A stretch of DNA of 39,062 nucleotides from Candidatus Yanofskybacteria bacterium CG10_big_fil_rev_8_21_14_0_10_36_16 (GTDB lineage Bacteria > Patescibacteriota > Minisyncoccia > 2-02-FULL-40-12 > IGHO2-01-FULL-4-A). The stretch spans positions 1 to 39,062 of the forward strand of contig PCXQ01000002.1 in the NCBI GenBank assembly GCA_002794035.1, written 5' to 3'. Under the pieces are notes generated by a model. That model worked only from the letters and a program-made list of their open reading frames with translations, made no database searches and was not told the origin of the DNA. Shown here in pieces: positions 29,070 through 34,253 of the stretch; within the stretch, counting starts at the first letter, position 1, and every line of letters starts with the position of its first letter. The position numbers and the translations under genes were made by a program.

Positions 29070-31880
29070 TTAAACCGCTTTCGGTAAAAACTTATTCCAG
29101 TTAAATGATTTAGGATTTGCAAACCAATCTCTCAAATAATCATGCGGTAACATCTGCACAAGAATCGGACCTTCTTCGGGCCCACCAGCGGGAATGCTCA
29201 CAAAGCACACACCGGTGTTGTTGGGAGGAAATCCTCCTGAAGAGCCGTACATATTGGTATGGACGCTTGCTGCGCACATAATATATGTTAAATGATTAAC
29301 TTCAGCCTTGGCATAAAAGTGTTTATCACCATAAAAAGTAACTGTGGCAGTTTTTAAGAGACCATATGAATCATCTCCTCGGGCCAAATCATTTCGTATA
29401 ACTGATTTTAGAAGGTCAGACCAGCTTGATAACTTAGCCGGCGTACCATGGACCCTCATGCCCCAAGGATAACCATCGGGCGCTTGGACCGTACCCCAGC
29501 CAAATGTCTCATTGCCAAATCTGGGCGCTCTAATTGATTTACTCAAAAAATCAGGATTGTTTTTAAGATATTTTTGCCAAAACGGAAGTTGGGCAAGTTT
29601 TTCCTGCAAGTGGCGTGCAATATAATCGCCTTCAAGATCTCTTTGGTCAAGGGTTTTAATACGGTGATTACCATTAGGAAAATTGTGAATAGCCAAATCT
29701 CGCGTATCCACCATGCTTTTGTGGAAATCACTAATGCCGCGAATATTCAAACCAGATTTAACAAATCTTTCTAAAACTGCGCTATAAAAATCGACATTCG
29801 GGTCGATGTGTCGTTCATAAACCTGCATCATCTGATGGAACGGAAAATCTTCGCCCCTAAAATAAAGCTGTGAAATACTTACGCGATTAATATCGCTAGT
29901 TATCTCACGAACAAGTTCATGATCCCCTTGCTCAGAGGCCCTTTGAAGGTCAGAGGTCATTTGCAATAACCACCGTTCAAAATGTAAAATTTTCATTCGC
30001 TCAGGATCTGGCCGATAGCGAGGATTAAACCACATGTCGCCATTGGTAGCATCATCCATCTCGGCAGTCATGTGCAACCCAATATCTTTTGCATTAATTA
30101 CACCCTCACGACGCATCAACTCAATAGCCGCCTCTGTAACGCCAAGGTGGATCTTCTGAGCGGGGTCCCAAATATACCTTTTGTCAGGAGCACCAAAGTG
30201 GTTATCTGTGTTTAAGAATACATTAATATACTCTGTTTTGGGATAAGGAAAAGCAAAATTTTGATTATAAAACGGCCTGTCCTTATCCAATCTAGAAATT
30301 GGCAAGGATATGGTGTTGAGAATACCGTTACTCCAAGAAAGCAATAAAACTCCAGGCTTAAACATGGGGTTGTTCACCAGCTTTTGAACCTTGTGAACTT
30401 CCCTAATATTATTTCTAAATTCATCACGCAAAAAAACGTCATCAAGACAGCTGGGAGCAACAGCAACAAACTTTGTAACAGGCTTCCCATCTATGGAATC
30501 TTCTCTGCCCACCAATCGATGGTCTAAAGCAAATGGATGGCAAATAACAGTGAGATCAGCCAAGGTATCAGCAAACACCTCTGCGCCATAGGAATCGCCA
30601 TAACTAGCAAGCAACGAATCAGTAACCCTCTCGTGCTTAGGAATATGCGCTTTAACAATATGTTTATGAAGTTTAAAATATGCACTCCCCTGGCTAATAA
30701 CTTTAGCGTTAGGGATTGCTTCCTCAAACTTTTTAACAACAAAAGCTGTTATCTTGCGATTGAAGTATCTATAGTGACGATTATGTATGTTGCTTTGAAT
30801 TGTTCTAGCTTTTTTTCTGGTTAAGCGCATAACTTCGCTATCCCAATGTCTTATTTCACTAGTGTCATTGTCTTTCCTTGCTTTGGAAAAGCGCGACTTG
30901 GCCATGTTCAGCTCAGCTTCAATTTTCTTTTCTTTAACAATTTTTAAATACCTGCACTGATAATATGAAGCTGCCCTGATTAATTCCTCTTCTTTAAGGC
31001 CGAACATTATATACACAGGCCCCGGAAATTCTGGACCCTTATTTCTCGGCCTATGAGAAATTTTATGTAAAGCATCAATAATCTCATTAAACTTTTCTTC
31101 TAATGTCTGATAAATTAAATCATCAGTTATATTTCCTCTCAAAATATCTATAACTTCTTCCCGATATTCCTCAGGAAATCTTTTGGGGTTTGCTTCTAGT
31201 CCTGATACCTCAGCACGATAAGCCGCTAAGGGTCCCGCGGTCTTTTTTGACCAAAGGTCTAAGATGTTAACAAAAATCACAGCCTTAGCCCCGCGATTTC
31301 TAGCATCAGCAAAAGCTCGTCTTGTCGTATTACTTTCAATGTCGGGATACTTAATGCCGATAAGAGAACCATTAATAATAGATACCTGACCTTCTGGTTC
31401 CTCAGAAATAACGAAGGGGTTACTATAGGAATTATCAGGAAATTCATAATTCTCCAATCCTTCAGGAAGGTCGTCCAAAGAAGCAAAACGACCCATACCA
31501 GCCTTAAACTTAACAATAGATGATGATGTATTGCTGGTATAACCCTTTTTGGACTTCACTCTTTTCCTAATAATGCTTTTTGGTATATGAGGATGTGTTT
31601 CTTCAAATTTAGAAAGCATATCATTACCAACAGCTCTCCAAAGAAGCTTATCTACATCAGGTGTCCAGATTAATTCATCAAGGCGACTACTAATCACCTT
31701 TTGAGTCATAGTTGAACCGGCTAACTTATCGTGAAATTCTTCATTAATAATTTGGCAAATCTTGGCCAAACCACCATCCTGATTAAGCAATTGCTGGACC
31801 AGTTCTTTGCAACGCTTCTCTAATCCTGAGATTTTCCATATCTCTCTTTTCCTGTTTTTTTGATTAACTTCCTCAGACAT
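29070..31880 (-). CDS. large uncharacterised protein: Myb/SANT-like N-terminus, degenerate plus intact metallophosphoesterase-like halves
   Basis: Start placed at MSEEVNQ (31880), where AAGGAGG lies 5 nt upstream; the track start at 31898 has no SD. WTPDVDKLLWRAVGND is SANT/Myb-like. C-terminal half carries ordered MPE-like motifs NTDNHFG, DDATNGDMW, NGNHR, YGDKH, ASVH. In the N-terminal half the corresponding positions are non-catalytic (IINGSLIG, FVNILDLW). Confidence 0.6.
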   Translation of the reverse strand: MSEEVNQKNRKREIWKISGLEKRCKELVQQLLNQDGGLAKICQIINEEFHDKLAGSTMTQKVISSRLDELIWTPDVDKLLWRAVGNDMLSKFEETHPHIPKSIIRKRVKSKKGYTSNTSSSIVKFKAGMGRFASLDDLPEGLENYEFPDNSYSNPFVISEEPEGQVSIINGSLIGIKYPDIESNTTRRAFADARNRGAKAVIFVNILDLWSKKTAGPLAAYRAEVSGLEANPKRFPEEYREEVIDILRGNITDDLIYQTLEEKFNEIIDALHKISHRPRNKGPEFPGPVYIMFGLKEEELIRAASYYQCRYLKIVKEKKIEAELNMAKSRFSKARKDNDTSEIRHWDSEVMRLTRKKARTIQSNIHNRHYRYFNRKITAFVVKKFEEAIPNAKVISQGSAYFKLHKHIVKAHIPKHERVTDSLLASYGDSYGAEVFADTLADLTVICHPFALDHRLVGREDSIDGKPVTKFVAVAPSCLDDVFLRDEFRNNIREVHKVQKLVNNPMFKPGVLLLSWSNGILNTISLPISRLDKDRPFYNQNFAFPYPKTEYINVFLNTDNHFGAPDKRYIWDPAQKIHLGVTEAAIELMRREGVINAKDIGLHMTAEMDDATNGDMWFNPRYRPDPERMKILHFERWLLQMTSDLQRASEQGDHELVREITSDINRVSISQLYFRGEDFPFHQMMQVYERHIDPNVDFYSAVLERFVKSGLNIRGISDFHKSMVDTRDLAIHNFPNGNHRIKTLDQRDLEGDYIARHLQEKLAQLPFWQKYLKNNPDFLSKSIRAPRFGNETFGWGTVQAPDGYPWGMRVHGTPAKLSSWSDLLKSVIRNDLARGDDSYGLLKTATVTFYGDKHFYAKAEVNHLTYIMCAASVHTNMYGSSGGFPPNNTGVCFVSIPAGGPEEGPILVQMLPHDYLRDWFANPKSFNWNKFLPKAV

Positions 31881-31987
31881 AAAACCTCCTTTTCTCATAT
31901 AAGAATTTTAAATGTTCTTGCATTAATACTATCTTTATAAAAAACTGTAACAACTTGTCTTTAATTTTTTTGCGTTGTGTTACAACC

Positions 31988-32016
31988 AAAAAAACCGCTC
32001 TTATGAGCGGTTTTTT
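31988..32016. terminator. hairpin separating the small-peptide gene from the ~940-aa gene
   Basis: aaaaaaCCGCTC-ttat-GAGCGGtttttt. Confidence 0.7.
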
Positions 32017-32077
32017 GAATATAGATATCCACAATTAAATTTATTGCGACATTTATAGGTTATATAAAAAGAAAGAT

Positions 32078-32106
32078 CCGCTGTTCCTGTGCATCAGGAA
32101 CAGCGG
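32078..32106 (-). terminator. 12-bp perfect hairpin terminator of the small-peptide transcript
   Basis: CCGCTGTTCCTG-tgcat-CAGGAACAGCGG, followed on the minus strand by atctttcttttt. Confidence 0.7.
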
Positions 32107-32134
32107 TTGAGAGATCGGTCAAATCGACCTCTCT

Positions 32135-32233
32135 CTATTGCTCCGGCCCACAGGCCGGATGATCCTTTAGCGACGGTGCGAGCACCATCGCTAACAGAAT
32201 CAGAAACACTGGAATAATCAGAACGTACTGCAT
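32135..32233 (-). CDS. 32-aa hydrophobic peptide (candidate small membrane protein or toxin)
   Basis: TTGTAA-17 nt-TATAAT (32268-32263) with an extended TG, SD AAGGGAGG, and ATG at 32233. Translation: MQYVLIIPVFLILLAMVLAPSLKDHPACGPEQ, TAG stop. Local GC is about 50%, clearly above the surroundings. Confidence 0.5.
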   Translation of the reverse strand: MQYVLIIPVFLILLAMVLAPSLKDHPACGPEQ

Positions 32234-32362
32234 GGCAGAACCTCCCTTACCTAACTATTTATATTATAACACAAAATATGTATTATTACAAGTGCTGCAA
32301 ATATCGCCTCCCGAGTTAATTATACGAAAATAGAGCTTATTTTTTAAGTTGTTGAATAGAAT

Positions 32363-32381
32363 TGCGGGGGCACATGGACTC
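32363..32381 (-). repeat. 19-nt copy of a tRNA 3' end (T-loop end + T stem + acceptor + discriminator)
   Basis: Plus strand tgcgggggcacAtggactc is 18/19 identical to 32483-32501. Confidence 0.7.
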
Positions 32382-32484
32382 CCTTCGACTCATTGCATTC
32401 GCTCAGGATAAACTTCTCGTCCTATCACAAAAAAAACGGCAAGTTCAGCATAAATCTAAAGCTTGCACTGAGTTTGCAAAAGTG

Positions 32485-32509
32485 CGGGGGCACCTGGACT
32501 CGAACCAGG
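32485..32509 (-). pseudogene. orphan tRNA 3' fragment (Trp-like): T arm + acceptor 3' strand + discriminator G
   Basis: Minus strand reads CCTGG-TTCGAGT-CCAGG-TGCCCCC-G. No D arm or anticodon arm lies upstream of it. Confidence 0.7.
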
Positions 32510-32646
32510 AAGTTCGGTTTTGTCCCGATTTTTCTTCCCCGCCTTAGCGGGGTTAGAAAATCAAGGATCCACGATTTTGTAATCTTGCTTCAGTAAGAAC
32601 AAAATCAGGAGAGACTAGTGATTTGCTTCACCTACCCAAATTTTTG

Positions 32647-32718
32647 CGGGAGTAGTAGGACTCGAACCTACAGTCCTGGTTTTGGAGACCAGTGGTTTGC
32701 CAATTAACCGATACTCCC
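32647..32718 (-). tRNA. trnW: tRNA-Trp (anticodon CCA)
   Basis: GGGAGTA TC GGTT AATTGGCA AACC A CTGGT CTCCAAA ACCAG GACT GTAGG TTCGAGT CCTAC TACTCCC G folds as a full cloverleaf. CCA is not encoded. Confidence 0.93.
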
Positions 32719-32740
32719 ACACAAAGCAAAAACTTGGGCG

Positions 32741-32762
32741 GGCAAGTTAAGCTTATACCCCC
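32741..32762 (-). pseudogene. orphan tRNA 5' fragment (Trp-like acceptor 5' strand + D-arm remnant)
   Basis: Minus strand GGGGGTATAAGCTTAACTTGCC. GGGGGTA pairs 7/7 (one G-U) with the TGCCCCC of the orphan 3' fragments, and it resembles the 5' region of the intact tRNA-Trp. Confidence 0.45.
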
Positions 32763-32896
32763 AAGAAAGCAAATTTTAAAACTTTACTCGTTTGCTCAAG
32801 TTCAAGATAAAATCAAGATTTGGAACGAAGCGTACTTAAAAGTACGTTGAGTTTCAAAGCGACGATTTTAACAAAGAAATTGGTCGAACCAGAAAG

Positions 32897-32943
32897 GCTA
32901 ATTTCGGAATAAGCCCTTCCGTATTTGGGCTTCCGAAATTAGC
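32897..32943 (-). terminator. 13-bp hairpin downstream of rpmG
   Basis: GCTAATTTCGGAA...TTCCGAAATTAGC. Confidence 0.55.
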
Positions 32944-32956
32944 GAGTAGTTTTAAT

Positions 32957-33115
32957 TTATTTTTTGCTTTCCTTATGAGTTGTGTGCTTCCTGCACCACT
33001 TGCAGAATTTTTTAAATTCCAGCTTTCTTTCAACTAATTTTTTGTTCTTGGTTGTATAGTAGTTGAATCTTTTGCAGTCTCCACACTTCATTTTTAACAA
33101 ATTATCTTGTGACAT
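32957..33115 (-). CDS. rpmG: 50S ribosomal protein L33
   Basis: Not in ORF track (52 aa). [52 protein letters not shown] has the CxxC...CxxC L33 pattern. Confidence 0.9.
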   Translation of the reverse strand: MSQDNLLKMKCGDCKRFNYYTTKNKKLVERKLEFKKFCKWCRKHTTHKESKK

Positions 33116-33198
33116 TATTTTAATTTCTGATCTCTGGTTTCTTGTTTATGATTTTATACCAGCTACAAAATACCAGCTACCAGCTACTAAACTTATGA

Positions 33199-33270
33199 GC
33201 CGACGGTGAGAATTGAACTCACGACCTACTCCTTACCATGGAGTTGCTCTGCCTCTGAGCTACGTCGGCT
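33199..33270 (-). tRNA. trnT: tRNA-Thr (anticodon GGT)
   Basis: GCCGACG TA GCTC AGAGGCA GAGC A ACTCC ATGGTAA GGAGT AGGTC GTGAG TTCAATT CTCAC CGTCGGC T. Confidence 0.92.
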
Positions 33271-33436
33271 TTAGCTAGCTCCTCTTGATTTAATTGTGAG
33301 CCAGGAGGCGATGAAAGACAAGGGTTTGGCTTTCATCCTCAATTTTATAAATTCTTTGTCTTTAAGTCGATCATGTGCCGTTAAAAAATTGAGCAGAACA
33401 TACCTAATGCCAGTTCAAATCTTTCTGTTTTCATTT

Positions 33437-33480
33437 CTTATCTCAGGATAATATTTTTTTAAATATTATCCTGAGATAAG
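33437..33480. repeat. 20-bp perfect inverted repeat (hairpin, 4-nt loop)
   Basis: CTTATCTCAGGATAATATTT-tttt-AAATATTATCCTGAGATAAG, directly abutting the tRNA-Tyr 3' fragment copy. Confidence 0.85.
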
Positions 33481-33482
33481 AT

Positions 33483-33495
33483 TGTGGGCCGGGAG
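33483..33495 (-). repeat. 13-nt duplicate of the tRNA-Tyr 3' end
   Basis: tgtgggccgggag is identical to 33662-33674 (acceptor 3' strand and start of the T stem, plus 2 trailing nt). Confidence 0.7.
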
Positions 33496-33499
33496 TGGA

Positions 33500-33660
33500 G
33501 ACAAAGTGAACTGCTTCACTTTGTCCAGAATTTTAACGTAGCGTCCTCGTGGAGTGTTTAAAAATTCTGTCGAACCCTGTCGAGCAAAGCTCGACTTATT
33601 CGAATATTTCCATATTCTATTGTCTTAAATTAATTGGATTTTAATCCAATTAATTTGAGA
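33500..33660. repeat. train of four further hairpins between tRNA-Tyr and its 3' duplicate
   Basis: 33500-33525: 11-bp perfect. 33526-33569: about 11 bp with a 1-nt bulge. 33579-33595: 7-bp perfect. 33623-33660: 14-bp perfect palindrome extending to about 18 bp. Confidence 0.8.
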
Positions 33661-33663
33661 CTG

Positions 33664-33747
33664 TGGGCCGGGAGGGATTCGAACCCCCGTAGGTCTAAGA
33701 CCGCGTGGTTTACAGCCACGTGCGATTGGCCACTCCGCCACCGACCC
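33664..33747 (-). tRNA. trnY: tRNA-Tyr (anticodon GTA), class II with long variable arm
   Basis: GGGTCGG TG GCG GAGTGGCCAAT CGC A CGTGG CTGTAAA CCACG CGGTCTTAGACCTAC GGGGG TTCGAAT CCCTC CCGGCCC A. Confidence 0.92.
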
Positions 33748-33756
33748 ATATGATAC

Positions 33757-34006
33757 TTATTTTAAAAGTTTTTTAAATGCCTCACCACCTTTATATTTTT
33801 TAATTTGTCTCTAGTGTCTTAAAGCCACTTCTTTGCTATTATGCTGTTCATAAAATTCTTAATATTAACGGCCGACGATTTTTCGTTGATTTAGTAGCGC
33901 CACTGTTATGTTTTTCAATTCTATTTTTTATATTACTTGTTGAGCCAATAAAATATTTACTATCTTTTTTACTTTTTAATACATAAATATACCATTTTTT
34001 ATCCAT
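33757..34006 (-). pseudogene. decayed GIY-YIG (URI-domain, COG2827-like) endonuclease gene
   Basis: MDKKWYIYVLKSKKDSKYFIGSTSNIKNRIEKHNSGATKSTKNRRPLILRIL* (TGA at 33850-33848). The +1 frame then continues EFYEQHNSKEVALRH*RQIKKYKGGEAFKKLLK*. That makes one frameshift and one in-frame TAG at the conserved Glu position. Confidence 0.75.
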
Positions 34007-34037
34007 AAATCCTCAGACCGCCCTGCTTATAGAGGGA

Positions 34038-34089
34038 TGCGATTGGCCACTTTTTAACCCCGCCAAGGGCGGTGGCCGCCACCGACCCA
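34038..34089 (-). pseudogene. tRNA-Tyr 5' fragment (nt 1-13 and 15-27) split by a ~24-nt GC-rich hairpin insertion
   Basis: Minus strand reads GGGTCGGTGGCGG-[ccaccgcccttggcggggttaaaaa]-GTGGCCAATCGCA. Both blocks are identical to the intact tRNA-Tyr, and the sequence diverges afterwards. Confidence 0.75.
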
Positions 34090-34163
34090 ATTTTTAATAA
34101 TATACCCTACTTTAACCCAAAAAACAAGAAAAACGGTGAATTTACCGTTTTAAACATATCATA

Positions 34164-34239
34164 TGGAGCCGCCTCGCAGATTCGAACTGCGGACCTTCAC
34201 TTTACAAAAGTGTTGCTCTAACCACTGAGCTAAGGCGGC
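34164..34239 (-). tRNA. trnT: tRNA-Thr (anticodon TGT), CCA encoded
   Basis: GCCGCCT TA GCTC AGTGGTTA GAGC A ACACT TTTGTAA AGTGA AGGTC CGCAG TTCGAAT CTGCG AGGCGGC T CCA. Confidence 0.9.
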
Positions 34240-34253
34240 CTAAGATTAATGTG

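Noticed and set aside
27026-32016. Calling the accessory block a prophage or integrative element
   Set aside because: No integrase, recombinase, capsid/terminase or conjugation genes are present, and no matching direct repeats flank the block. Only proximity to tRNA remnants supports mobility, so it is reported as an accessory block, not a mobile element.
32078-32240. SRP RNA, 6S RNA or another known structured ncRNA in the GC-rich multi-hairpin segment
   Set aside because: No SRP domain IV motif (GGAA tetraloop / AGCAGC-type symmetric loop) or 6S-like central bubble is seen. A strong SD plus ATG and an open 32-codon hydrophobic frame make a small-protein gene the better reading.
32363-32501. 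Possible CRISPR array (two 19-nt repeats separated by about 100 nt)
   Set aside because: There are only two copies, the repeat is a tRNA 3' end, the spacer is too long, and no cas genes are present.
32362-32596. Plus-strand ORFs of 61 and 67 aa over the tRNA-remnant region
   Set aside because: They span tRNA fragments and hairpins, have no SD, and their composition is driven by the structured DNA.
32363-32640. tmRNA (ssrA), standard or permuted, suggested by GGGGGCAC...TTCGAC-like strings on the plus strand and a T arm + acceptor on the minus strand
   Set aside because: There is no G3-U70 pair and the discriminator is G, not A, so there is no alanine identity. No matching 5' acceptor strand lies in a position compatible with a one- or two-piece tmRNA. 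No convincing tag ORF is present. The sequences are better explained as orphan tRNA-Trp-like 3' ends.
33157-33187. Short tandem repeat TACCAGCTAC / CAGCTAC (three copies) between tRNA-Thr(GGT) and rpmG
   Set aside because: It is real in the sequence but only about 30 nt long with no evident function. It may be part of the rpmG promoter or leader and was too small to interpret.
33271-33436. Degenerate tRNA (for example tRNA-Gly, expected between Tyr and Thr in some bacteria), suggested by tgagccaggaggcg and an 8-bp hairpin
   Set aside because: No T loop (TTCGA), no cloverleaf and no anticodon arm could be built.
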